Positions 49,601 to 57,850 of a DNA stretch of 64,000 nt are shown piece by piece (positions within the stretch are counted from its first letter, which is position 1; every line of letters begins with the position of its first letter). A program made the position numbers and the translations under genes. Source of the stretch: a virus (lineage: Duplodnaviria > Heunggongvirae > Uroviricota > Caudoviricetes); the IMG/VR virus record IMGVR_UViG_3300044715_000866, one strand, 5' to 3'. The notes beneath the pieces are model-generated. The model did not search any database and was not told the origin of the DNA. It saw only the letters and a list, made by a program, of their open reading frames with translations.

Positions 49601-50194
49601 GCTAGAGATAAAGAACTTCAAAAAACTATAGGTACAATAGACAATAGTCCGGAAGCAATTGAAGCTCGTAATGCAGAACTTGACAGACAGAAAAATTCAG
49701 GGATGTACAAACAAAAAGAACCAGAGAAACATGTACTTCCTGAAATTAAAAAGCCTGCAGAAACAAAAGAGCAAGCTCATATTAAAGATATGTACAAAAA
49801 GTTTGGTCTTGAATCGTTTAATGACTACAATGCAAGAATGACAGCTGAAGAAAAAGCTAAAAAGCCTGATCACAGCAAGCTTGCTGAAATTAAACCAACT
49901 GTAATGCCAACAATTAAAGCACCTGATATTAAAGCACCGGTAGTTTCAGGAGATTCATTAAAGCCGCCATCTCCGCCAGTGGTAAACAAGCCGCATGAAG
50001 AACAAAAACCAGCCGAACAACCTAAATCTACAGCGCAAGTTGTTGAAAAGCAAGTATCATTAAAAGATATACTCGATGCAGTAACAAAGTTAAATAACAC
50101 AATGACAACGATGGCACACCATACTGATAAAATTAGTACTAACAGCCATAAACAAATTAGTGCAACACAAAGTTTATCTAATTCAAGATTTTAA
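46655..50194 (+). CDS. Tape-measure-like / hub protein with long charged low-complexity C-terminal half
   Basis: Ala/Gly-rich helical N-terminal about 500 aa, a GEMVELHGAESVVTP motif, EPKKE repeats, and position between gp26 and portal. Confidence 0.55.
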   Translation: MSSEDDRRNDQLDKLINALEGNNRNNRRSNPDSGSSGGGGGWGGFGQIFVNTAQTGAKALDDLWRGTLNVSNGFDSLTGVLKNADSSLGKVFGQIASQVGTALIDTTASLNKAGSNGADFNMDIAEYDRLLKGARMTHEQYNDMIKHSATDLAGLGSGINKAQKHFLDIARDFQESDVGARFKTLGWTTDELNEVTKVAMSNRKGMDLNDPNNQQNAVIATEKLGTAIDENSRILGLSRKDQLEALQRSKDEGDLEASMLLAGPQARAQYKQAEADSMGMGDSFKRVMKEAFTGKTTAEGSEAAAATGTAAAAIREYGISLKDTTDEGQKRSEALGEKARAAQLEYMNSKGALEAAALAGGAVADKMGKELVTSKTQGVYVTKQAEAASEGKKLSAEDALKELKDAAINRRNLKTEEGGALDTPGATVSKALNNADRTLSDLFAGSTEGFSKLVGATDDVINKFHLLDSEVLKPHKQKDINLDAIVGELKKGTGDKVNKLFEGNNANIPVTPPKRASGSPEIDSFIKSSSSSFNSMFEQFNPKGEMVELHGAESVVTPKQMEGIIAKFMPTDIMDMIKQPMNAAKSQSQQGMQPFTIDLPTSGNATQTADHKPIDIKSLAVLTPNNEDLLVKNISTTVHDVVTKVFHPMGNMLQTVTKSVEKHTEPKKEEPKKEEKPAEPKKEEPKKEEKPAEVKKEEPKILDLGIKTAEDLNKFMFGTQQVGTKQPETKPADGFPAIPGPSITNRKPHWIPDENGTDQPTGSFKQIDYDIDTEALQDQIAYLRTRKDEDAEHDLPIYDEMLRQHLAKGRPADEVIKGGNVEKEMKTFNDSLKNMGGPETFKEIGSQLTDSISTALPSTEKLEETMTSATDTFKSTDFNKAFASVGDSFASANVSTPTVEEKVPDASIEEQQAQLKKDNDKTVDNYLAANPTAELVEPNKDEAKDNSPGIFDKFTNLFSSSNKPAFASGNVKYETIPQAEIDARDKELQKTIGTIDNSPEAIEARNAELDRQKNSGMYKQKEPEKHVLPEIKKPAETKEQAHIKDMYKKFGLESFNDYNARMTAEEKAKKPDHSKLAEIKPTVMPTIKAPDIKAPVVSGDSLKPPSPPVVNKPHEEQKPAEQPKSTAQVVEKQVSLKDILDAVTKLNNTMTTMAHHTDKISTNSHKQISATQSLSNSRF
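48647..48754 (+). repeat. In-frame 42-bp perfect tandem duplication (EPKKEEPKKEEKPA x2 plus degenerate partial)
   Basis: Identical units at 48647-48688 and 48689-48730. Confidence 0.9.
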
Positions 50195-50218
50195 ATAGAA
50201 CCAAAAAGGAATTATTAT

Positions 50219-51970
50219 ATGTCGTGGCGAAAACACTTTTCACCAATTGAAACTGATTACGATACCACTAGATCTGCAGGATTTAATCAAAATTCTAAAG
50301 CCGGTCCTGCTAGAACCAATTATTCTAGCTACTTACCTGATGTATATACAGGTAGTCCTAATAGAGTTGAACGGTATCAACAATACGAAGTTATGGATAG
50401 TGATCCAGAAATTAACGCAGCACTTGATATTCTTGCTGAATTTTGTACACAGAAGCTAAAAGATGGTAAAAGTCCATTTACGGTTCGATGGAACAGTAAA
50501 GGTACTAATTCGGAAATTAGAATCTTAGGTGAATATCTGCAGCAGTGGAATAAATTACAACAGTTTGATACTAAAATATTTCGTATAGTACGTAATGTAT
50601 TCAAATATGGTGACGCTTTCTTTATTAGAGATCCAGAAACACAGAAATGGAATTGGATTGATAACAGCAAAATTGTTAAAATTATTGCAAACGAGAGTGA
50701 TGGAAAGAAACCAGAACAGTATATTATTAAAGATCTTGCTCCTAACTTTGAAAATTTAGTAGTTACACAGATTACACCTAACATTAATCCTAGACAAGCA
50801 GGCGGCGGAATGACATCTGGTGCAGGTTTTATGGGTTCGCCTGGTGCTCAACGTGGGTCATCTGGTCCTTATCCTAGCTCAAGTGGTGGTTCTAAATTTG
50901 GTTTAGCTGAAACAGAATATGCAATCAATGCAGAACATGTGGTTCATTTGTCACTATCTGAAGGTTTAGATAACAATTTCCCATTTGGTAACAGCTTATT
51001 AGAGAACATTTTCAAAGTTTATAAGCAAAAAGAGCTGTTAGAAGACGCTATTTTGATTTATCGTATACAAAGAGCTCCAGAAAGACGTGTATTTCATATT
51101 GACGTAGGTAATATGCCTAGTCATTTAGCTATGGCTTTTGTAGAAAGAGTTAAAAATGAGATACATCAACGTAGAATTCCTAGTCAAAGTGGCGGTGGAC
51201 AGAACGTAATTGATAGTGCATACAACCCTTTAAGCATAAATGAAGACTATTTCTTTCCGCAAACTGCAGAAGGACGTGGTTCTAAAGTTGATACATTACC
51301 GGGTGGTACTAATTTAGGTGAAATTGATGACTTAAAATTCTTTACAAACAAGTTATTCCGTGGTTTACGAATTCCAAGTAGCTACTTACCAACAGGTGCT
51401 GATGATTCTCAAGCAAGTTTTAACGACGGACGCGTAGGTACAGCATACATTCAAGAGCTAAGATTTAACAAATACTGTGAAAGATTGCAAAGTTTAATTA
51501 CAGAAGCATTTACGAACGAATTTAAAATGTATATGTACTCAAGAGGTATGAATATTGATGCAAACTTATTTGAATTAGCATTTAATCCGCCAATGAACTT
51601 TGCAAGTGCCCGTCAAGCAGGATTAGATTCGGAAAGAATTAATACATTTAACACCATACAAGCAGTTCCTTACATGAGTAAACGCTTTGCCCTTAAACGA
51701 TTTTTAGGGTTAAACGAAGATGAAATGGCAGAAAACGAAAGATTATGGGGTGAAGAACAAGGTAAAGGGCAACCTACTCATACAGATGCAGCTGGTGAAC
51801 TACGTAGTGCAGGCTTATCTGCTGCAGGTATGGAAGGCGATTTAGGCGCAGCAGGTAATTTAGCTGCACCGGCTGATATGGGCATGGGCATGGATCCATC
51901 AATGGGTGGCATGGGAGCTGGTATGCCCCCAGCTGGCGCACCTGCAGGCGGTATGCCGCCATCAATGTGA
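50219..51970 (+). CDS. gp20: Portal protein (T4 gp20-like)
   Basis: KQ.ELLEDAILIYRIQRAPERRVFHIDVGNMP...EDYFFPQ..EGRGS.VDTLPGG.NLGEI.D..FF..KL.R.LRIP. Confidence 0.95.
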   Translation: MSWRKHFSPIETDYDTTRSAGFNQNSKAGPARTNYSSYLPDVYTGSPNRVERYQQYEVMDSDPEINAALDILAEFCTQKLKDGKSPFTVRWNSKGTNSEIRILGEYLQQWNKLQQFDTKIFRIVRNVFKYGDAFFIRDPETQKWNWIDNSKIVKIIANESDGKKPEQYIIKDLAPNFENLVVTQITPNINPRQAGGGMTSGAGFMGSPGAQRGSSGPYPSSSGGSKFGLAETEYAINAEHVVHLSLSEGLDNNFPFGNSLLENIFKVYKQKELLEDAILIYRIQRAPERRVFHIDVGNMPSHLAMAFVERVKNEIHQRRIPSQSGGGQNVIDSAYNPLSINEDYFFPQTAEGRGSKVDTLPGGTNLGEIDDLKFFTNKLFRGLRIPSSYLPTGADDSQASFNDGRVGTAYIQELRFNKYCERLQSLITEAFTNEFKMYMYSRGMNIDANLFELAFNPPMNFASARQAGLDSERINTFNTIQAVPYMSKRFALKRFLGLNEDEMAENERLWGEEQGKGQPTHTDAAGELRSAGLSAAGMEGDLGAAGNLAAPADMGMGMDPSMGGMGAGMPPAGAPAGGMPPSM

Positions 51971-51981
51971 TAAATAGATAT

Positions 51982-52218
51982 ATGATACTTAGAGAACTTT
52001 TTTATATTGACCCTAACACACGCCATGTTGCTAGTGATATGCGGTACAATCCTGATAATGATAAATCGGTAATGCAGCGTTCAGATACACGCAAAACACG
52101 TTTATCTCTTAGGCAAATTAATGAATTACGTAAGAGCAGTGAAGCTCATATTTTAGAACAAGAAGTTGAATTATCATTCGTTAACGCAATGTATTCAACT
52201 CCACCACCTGCAGTATAA
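51982..52218 (+). CDS. Small prohead-region protein
   Basis: MILRELF... ORF between portal and core genes, with a late core at 51970-51976. Confidence 0.65.
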   Translation: MILRELFYIDPNTRHVASDMRYNPDNDKSVMQRSDTRKTRLSLRQINELRKSSEAHILEQEVELSFVNAMYSTPPPAV

Positions 52219-52221
52219 ATA
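52214..52221 (+). promoter_or_regulatory. T4 late promoter consensus TATAAATA (second core GTAAATA at 52285-52291)
   Basis: Exact consensus upstream of the head-core genes. Confidence 0.65.
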
Positions 52222-52330
52222 ATTCTAAAATATTAAAAAAACCACCGGTTTGACCCCATATTTACATTCTTTTTTATAAGTAGTGTAAATATAAGACAGC
52301 CTTGTATAAAAATTATCACAGGAGATTAAC

Positions 52331-53182
52331 ATGACTGACCGTACAAAATTTGAAGCCATGCTTGAGGCATTGATCAATGAAGATCACGAAGCAGCGAAAG
52401 ATATTTTTCACAATATCGTAGTAGGTAAATCGCGTGAGATTTACGAAAAATTATTAGCAGAAGAATTTGAAGAAGATGATTCTGAAGATGACGCATTTAG
52501 TGCTGACGACGAAGAAGGCGAAGACGATGACATGTTTGGTGCTGACGACGAAGAAGGCGAAGACGATGACATGTTTGGTGCTGACGACGAAGAAGGCGAA
52601 GACGATGAATTTGGTGATGACGAATTTGGTGATGAAGAAGGCGACGAAGGTTTAGAAGATCGCGTTATGGATCTTGAAGATGCATTAGACGAATTAAAAT
52701 CAGAATTTGAACAATTATTAGCTGGCGAAGAAGATGAACCAGAACATGATGACATGTTTGGTGCTGATGATGAATTAGGCGGCGATGAATTTGGCGGCGA
52801 CATGATGGGCGGCGATGAATTTGGCGCTGGCGAAGAAGAAAATGAATTCCAAAGCATGTTTGAATACGTAAACAAAGTTGCATTACCTAAACACGGTGAC
52901 AACGGCTTAAACAATAAAAGTATTTTTAATAAACCAAAATACAATGACATGGGTGGAACAGCACCTGTATTTGCAAAAGAAGCATCTGGTGAAGGTACAA
53001 AAGGCGGTTTGTTAAACCCAGCTACCCAAGACTTAACTAAAGGTATGCAAGTACATAATCGTAAAGATAGTAACGCTGGTAAAAAAGCATTCAAAAGCCA
53101 ACAACCAGGTCACGGTGCAGAGAAAAAAGGTAACCGCGAATCAGCTCCAAACACAAAAAGTTTGATTCCAGGCAGAAAATAA
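52331..53182 (+). CDS. Highly acidic prohead core/scaffold-like protein
   Basis: GGAG RBS, Asp/Glu-rich repeats, and position before the prohead protease. Confidence 0.65.
   Translation: MTDRTKFEAMLEALINEDHEAAKDIFHNIVVGKSREIYEKLLAEEFEEDDSEDDAFSADDEEGEDDDMFGADDEEGEDDDMFGADDEEGEDDEFGDDEFGDEEGDEGLEDRVMDLEDALDELKSEFEQLLAGEEDEPEHDDMFGADDELGGDEFGGDMMGGDEFGAGEEENEFQSMFEYVNKVALPKHGDNGLNNKSIFNKPKYNDMGGTAPVFAKEASGEGTKGGLLNPATQDLTKGMQVHNRKDSNAGKKAFKSQQPGHGAEKKGNRESAPNTKSLIPGRK
52501..52608 (+). repeat. In-frame 39-bp perfect tandem repeat (ADDEEGEDDDMFG), 2 full copies plus a 30-nt partial
   Basis: Units at 52501-52539, 52540-52578 and 52579-52608. Confidence 0.9.
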
Positions 53183-53185
53183 TTT

Positions 53186-53812
53186 ATGTTACATCTCCGA
53201 GAAAACCTTAGCTTCAACGAAGCACAAATGATCGTTGAATCCGACGACAAGGAAGGAAAGAACTTGTATATGAGCGGTATTTGTATACAAGGTGGCATCC
53301 GCAACGCAAATCAACGTGTGTATCCTGTGAGCGAGATTAGCAAGGCTGTTAAAACCCTCAACGATCAAATTCAAAACGGTTATTCTGTGCTCGGAGAAGT
53401 AGATCATCCAGATGATCTAAAAATAAACTTAGACCGAGTTTCGCATATGATAACTAACATGTGGATGGAAGGCCCAAATGGTTACGGTAAACTTAAAATT
53501 TTACCAACACCAATGGGACAATTAATCAAAACAATGTTAGAAAGCGGAGTGAAACTTGGCGTTAGTTCACGCGGATCTGGTAACGTTAGCGATAGCGGAT
53601 CCGGTGAAGTTTCAGATTTTGAGATTATCACAGTTGATATGGTAGCTCAACCAAGTGCTCCAGGAGCTTACCCTACGCCTATTTACGAACACCTAATGAA
53701 TACACAAGGTGGCCTTAAATCCTTTCGCATAGCGGAAGAAGTTAGAGGAGATCCAAAAGCACAAAAATACCTCAAAGAGAGCTTATTGAATATAATAAGC
53801 AAACTCCAATAG
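53186..53812 (+). CDS. gp21: Prohead core protease (T4 gp21-like)
   Basis: GICIQGG.RNANQRVYP, LGEVDHP, LDRVSH, GVSSRG.G and D.VAQPSAP.AY motifs. Confidence 0.95.
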   Translation: MLHLRENLSFNEAQMIVESDDKEGKNLYMSGICIQGGIRNANQRVYPVSEISKAVKTLNDQIQNGYSVLGEVDHPDDLKINLDRVSHMITNMWMEGPNGYGKLKILPTPMGQLIKTMLESGVKLGVSSRGSGNVSDSGSGEVSDFEIITVDMVAQPSAPGAYPTPIYEHLMNTQGGLKSFRIAEEVRGDPKAQKYLKESLLNIISKLQ

Positions 53813-53828
53813 TAAAGGAGAATCACAT

Positions 53829-54923
53829 ATGTTGGACGCACTAAAAACTTTATTTGAAAACAATGTGGTTTCGGCAGAGATCAAAGAGTCTATTGAACAA
53901 GCATGGGATCAACGTATTGTTGAAAACCGTGAATTAGTTTCTCAACAACTCCGCGAAGAATTCGCTCGTAAATACGAGCATGATAAGAGCACAATGGTTG
54001 AAGCAGTTGATCGTATGATTTCTGAGCAACTTCAAAGTGAACTTAGTGAATTCGTTGACGATCGTAAACAACTAGCAGAAATGAAAATTAAATTTGCTAG
54101 AAAAATGACCGAAAGCGCAAAAACCGTTAACACTTTTGTTACACGTCAGTTAGCACAAGAAGTTAAAGAATTACACGAAGATCAAATGACAATGGCTAAT
54201 AAATTTGGTACATTAGAACACTTCGTAGTAGAAGCTCTTGCACAAGAAATTGCAGAGTTCTACAAAGATAAAAAAGACGTAGCCGAATCAAAAGTTCGTC
54301 TGATTCGTGAAGGTCGTCAAGAAATCAAACGAGTAAAACAACAGTTTGTACAACGTGCAGCTGCAATGGTTGAAAGTGTTGTAGGTACTACCTTAAACGC
54401 TGAAATTACTGCATTAAAAGAAGATATTGAATCAGCTCGTCGTACAGATTTTGGTCGCAAATTATTTGAAGCATTTGCTGTTGAATATCAAGCGAGTTAC
54501 TTGAATGAAAAATCCGAAACTGCAAAATTGCTCAAAGTCATAGACATGAAAGATTTGGCCATCAATGAGGCTGCACATGCAGTTGTCAAAGCTGAAAAAA
54601 TATTAGAAAGCAAACAAGCAGAAATCGTTGCGTTGAAAGAGTCGCAAGAAAGAAAAGCAATTATGAGCGAATTGTTGGCTCCTCTAAACGCTGAACAACG
54701 CTCTATTATGGGCGAATTGATGACGAGTGTGAAAACTTCAAAACTTAACGAAAGCTTTGAAAAATACTTACCGGCAGTAATTTCTGGTAAACAAGCACCA
54801 CAAAAAAGACAAGCTCTTGTAGAAGCTAAAGAAATAACAGGAAACAAAGCTGTTTCCACAACCACCCGTAGCAGCGAAGATGAATCAAACATTATTGATA
54901 TCCGCCGCCTCGCTGGTCTATAA
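53829..54923 (+). CDS. gp22: Prohead scaffolding protein (gp22-like)
   Basis: Glu/Lys-rich coiled coil between protease and MCP, with an AAGGAG RBS. Confidence 0.8.
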   Translation: MLDALKTLFENNVVSAEIKESIEQAWDQRIVENRELVSQQLREEFARKYEHDKSTMVEAVDRMISEQLQSELSEFVDDRKQLAEMKIKFARKMTESAKTVNTFVTRQLAQEVKELHEDQMTMANKFGTLEHFVVEALAQEIAEFYKDKKDVAESKVRLIREGRQEIKRVKQQFVQRAAAMVESVVGTTLNAEITALKEDIESARRTDFGRKLFEAFAVEYQASYLNEKSETAKLLKVIDMKDLAINEAAHAVVKAEKILESKQAEIVALKESQERKAIMSELLAPLNAEQRSIMGELMTSVKTSKLNESFEKYLPAVISGKQAPQKRQALVEAKEITGNKAVSTTTRSSEDESNIIDIRRLAGL

Positions 54924-54941
54924 AAATTTAGGAGAATTTAA

Positions 54942-56114
54942 ATGTCAGAACTACTTAATGGCCGTTGGGCAGAAACAAAGCAAGCACTTTTAGAAGGCTT
55001 GACAGGTACAAAAAAATCAGTAATGGGCGTAACACTTGAAAATACACGTAGGTATTTGATAGAATCTCCTACTGCTGGTGCTACATCAGCTGGAAACATC
55101 TCAACTTTAAACCGTGTGATTTTACCAGTAATTCGTCGTGTTATGCCAACTGTTATTGCTAACGAATTGGTAGGTGTACAACCGATGACTGGCCCAGTTG
55201 GTCAAATCCATACATTGCGTGTTCGTTATGCAGATTCTAGCACAGGTGCTGGTGTATTAGCAGGCGAAGAAGCATTAAGCCCATTCAAAATTGCAGAAAG
55301 CTATTCAGGTAATGAATCAGCTACAGCGAAAGCTGCATCAACTGCAACTTTAGAAGGACAAGCAGGCAAAAAAATGAGCATTCAAATCTTGAAACAAACA
55401 GTTGAAGCAAAAACTCGTAAGTTATCAGCTCGCTGGACATTTGAAGCTGCTCAAGACGCTCAAGCACAACAAGGTATTGACGTTGAAGCAGAAATTATGG
55501 CTGCATTAGCTCAAGAAATTACTGCTGAGATTGATCAAGAAATTATCGCTTCATTGTTAACATTGGCTGGTTCAGATGTTGAAAGATATGACCAATCTGC
55601 AGTATCAGGTACTGCTACTTTCGTAGGTGACGAACATGCTGCATTAGCTGTTCAAATCAACCGTGTAAGTAACTTAATTGCACAACGTACACGTCGTGGC
55701 GCTGGCAACTATGCTGTTGTATCTCCATTTGCTTTAACAATTTTACAATCAGCTACTACTTCAGCTTTTGCTCGTACTACTGAAGGTACTTTTGAAGCTC
55801 CTACTAACACTAAATTTGTTGGTACATTAAACAATTCATTGAAAGTATATGTTAACAGTTATGCAACTGATAACACATCTATCTTAATTGGTTACAAAGG
55901 TGGTTCAGAATCAGACGCTCCTGCGTTTTATTGCCCTTACATTCCTTTGATGTCTTCAGGTGTTGTTTTAGATCCATCAACATTTGAACCAGTTGTATCG
56001 TTCATGACACGTTATGGTTATGTTGAACTTTCTAACACTGCGTCATCTTTGGGTAACGCTGCTGACTATTTAGGTCGTGTTGGTATTTCTAACGCTAACG
56101 TAAGATTTAGCTAA
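54942..56114 (+). CDS. gp23: Major capsid protein (T4 gp23-like)
   Basis: LP..RRV.P..IANE.VGVQPMTGPVGQI, V.A.TRKL.A.WT.E.AQD, E...EID.EI, YCPYIPL and MTRYG motifs. Confidence 0.95.
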   Translation: MSELLNGRWAETKQALLEGLTGTKKSVMGVTLENTRRYLIESPTAGATSAGNISTLNRVILPVIRRVMPTVIANELVGVQPMTGPVGQIHTLRVRYADSSTGAGVLAGEEALSPFKIAESYSGNESATAKAASTATLEGQAGKKMSIQILKQTVEAKTRKLSARWTFEAAQDAQAQQGIDVEAEIMAALAQEITAEIDQEIIASLLTLAGSDVERYDQSAVSGTATFVGDEHAALAVQINRVSNLIAQRTRRGAGNYAVVSPFALTILQSATTSAFARTTEGTFEAPTNTKFVGTLNNSLKVYVNSYATDNTSILIGYKGGSESDAPAFYCPYIPLMSSGVVLDPSTFEPVVSFMTRYGYVELSNTASSLGNAADYLGRVGISNANVRFS

Positions 56115-56139
56115 TTTAAACTTAGGTTTAATTATATTA

Positions 56140-56165
56140 AAAAGGCTCTTTGGAGCCTTTTTTTA
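56140..56165 (+). terminator. Rho-independent terminator after MCP
   Basis: AAGGCTC/GAGCCTT stem followed by a T-tract. Confidence 0.8.
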
Positions 56166-56178
56166 TGATAAATACATC

Positions 56179-56757
56179 ATGACAACACAATTCTATACAC
56201 CTACCACAATTCAAGAAGTTACACCTACAGACGATTATTTGATGCAACCTATTATAGGATGGAATCACAATGGCGCAATATATGATAACAACTATGCTGT
56301 TACTAAGCAACCGCTTTATACTATCAGTGGGTTGTGGATGGAGAAATATCTCAGTCATACTAGCGAGTTATGGTGTACTGGACTTAATATTCTAGACACT
56401 GAGCAATCAGTAGTAGGTATAGAATTTTCATTGCTAATGCATCGATTTTCAAGAATTGAAGATTTACGATTGCAATTAACGCTAAATGGCGAAGCAATTG
56501 GTGATAACATGGCAAGTCCAGTTAATCCTGTACAAAGTAATATGTATACAGGTGATAATAGTCCATTACTTCCTATAATAGGCGACTCTAATATATACGG
56601 TAGTTCTACTAATTTATGGGGAACAACTGGATTAACTAGTACCAATGTCTCCGATCCGTCATTTGGAATCATAATTAGTTTCCGCAGTAATCAAGTATAT
56701 CCACATCGTGATATAGCGCAAATAAATCAGATTGCGTTAGGTATCACCTACGGATAA
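56179..56757 (+). CDS. Hypothetical late protein (192 aa)
   Basis: ORF with late core ATAAATA at 56168-56174. Confidence 0.65.
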   Translation: MTTQFYTPTTIQEVTPTDDYLMQPIIGWNHNGAIYDNNYAVTKQPLYTISGLWMEKYLSHTSELWCTGLNILDTEQSVVGIEFSLLMHRFSRIEDLRLQLTLNGEAIGDNMASPVNPVQSNMYTGDNSPLLPIIGDSNIYGSSTNLWGTTGLTSTNVSDPSFGIIISFRSNQVYPHRDIAQINQIALGITYG

Positions 56758-56763
56758 ATACTT

Positions 56764-56816
56764 AGTCATTCAAGTGCTGTAAACACAGACTTATGCAGTA
56801 CCCACTGCGTATGGCT
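56764..56816 (+). ncRNA. Putative structured 5' leader (three-way junction)
   Basis: P1 AGTCAT/ATGGCT, P2 AAGT-g-CTGT/ACAG-ACTT and P3 ATGCAGT/ACTGCGT, between the late core (56754-60) and the RBS. Confidence 0.45.
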
Positions 56817-56838
56817 TAAAACGTCAAAGGAGAAAACA

Positions 56839-57804
56839 ATGGGACGTCCACTCAATAAAAGATATTTTGGTAACCGTAATGTCGGTTCAGCATCCACTAC
56901 TGCAGATGATGGTATTGGCGGTAAAAGTGTAGCAAGTATTCCAGTAACTACTGCTAGTACATACACTACTCGTCCGTTAGTAACATTAACTGGTGCACCT
57001 AATTTAGTAAAAGGTACAGCTGCTACTGCAACTATTACTTCAGAAGCAGCAACCGGTGCAACTACTACTCCGGGTACAGGTTATACTGTTGGCGACACTC
57101 TTACATTATCAACTGCAGGCGGCACAGCTGTTGCAGTTGTAGCTAGCATCACTGGCGGTGGCGCAACTGGTCCAATTGGCTTAGTTAACTTTACTGGTAC
57201 TGGAGCAAGTCGTGGTAGTTTTGAAGCATTACCTGGTGTTAAAGTTGCCGCAGTCGGTGGAACTGGCACAGGCGCTGAAATTACTATTACCTTCCAAGCT
57301 AAATCAGTAAAAGTATTACCTGGTTCAGGTTACACAACTACAACTCCAACTGCAGCAGCAACACAATCTGTTGTATTAGGAACCGTGGTAATGACTACTC
57401 CAATTGCAAATACTGCTACAGTAGGTTCAGGATTTAATCCAGAGTCTGCAATTATTGCGTATGCATATACTGCGTCATCTTCTAAACAAGCTGACATTGT
57501 TAAACAAGTTTCAACCGATCGTTATAAAGTTGTTACCTCAGATACTACTACACCAATTATTGCAAAACTAATAACAGTTGGCACACCTGCTGCAGTTGGC
57601 GAAATGATGATTAAAGCAACTGATAGTGCCGGTAAACCATATTTTGTTAAAAAATTAACTTCACGTAAAGTAGTTATTGTTCCAGATACATCTTCTGTTA
57701 CTGGACACCAATTTCCTGCAACCTCTGCTGGAGTTTATCAAAGACCTCAATGGACACTTGGCACTGCAACAGCAAATGTATCAGTAAAAATAGAAAACGG
57801 TTAA
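56839..57804 (+). CDS. Virion structural protein (Thr/Gly/Ala-rich, beta)
   Basis: Strong AAGGAG RBS, own late promoter and downstream terminator. Starts MGRPLNKRYFG. Confidence 0.65.
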   Translation: MGRPLNKRYFGNRNVGSASTTADDGIGGKSVASIPVTTASTYTTRPLVTLTGAPNLVKGTAATATITSEAATGATTTPGTGYTVGDTLTLSTAGGTAVAVVASITGGGATGPIGLVNFTGTGASRGSFEALPGVKVAAVGGTGTGAEITITFQAKSVKVLPGSGYTTTTPTAAATQSVVLGTVVMTTPIANTATVGSGFNPESAIIAYAYTASSSKQADIVKQVSTDRYKVVTSDTTTPIIAKLITVGTPAAVGEMMIKATDSAGKPYFVKKLTSRKVVIVPDTSSVTGHQFPATSAGVYQRPQWTLGTATANVSVKIENG

Positions 57805-57816
57805 TAAAAATTAGAT

Positions 57817-57839
57817 AAGGGGTCGCAAGGCCCCTTTTT
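57817..57839 (+). terminator. Rho-independent terminator
   Basis: AAGGGGTC-GCAA-GGCCCCTT followed by TTT. Confidence 0.8.
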
Positions 57840-57850
57840 GAGGAATATAA

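Noticed and set aside
48647-52608. CRISPR array interpretation of the 42-bp and 39-bp repeats
   Set aside because: The repeats are contiguous without spacers, in-frame within coding regions, and no cas genes are present.
47392-54892. Minus-strand ORFs up to 217 aa opposite the tape-measure-like, core and scaffold genes
   Set aside because: Ser/Phe-rich antisense products of biased codon usage, fully nested in well-supported genes.
56764-56816. Hammerhead ribozyme
   Set aside because: The three-way junction lacks the CUGANGA and GAAA core nucleotides.
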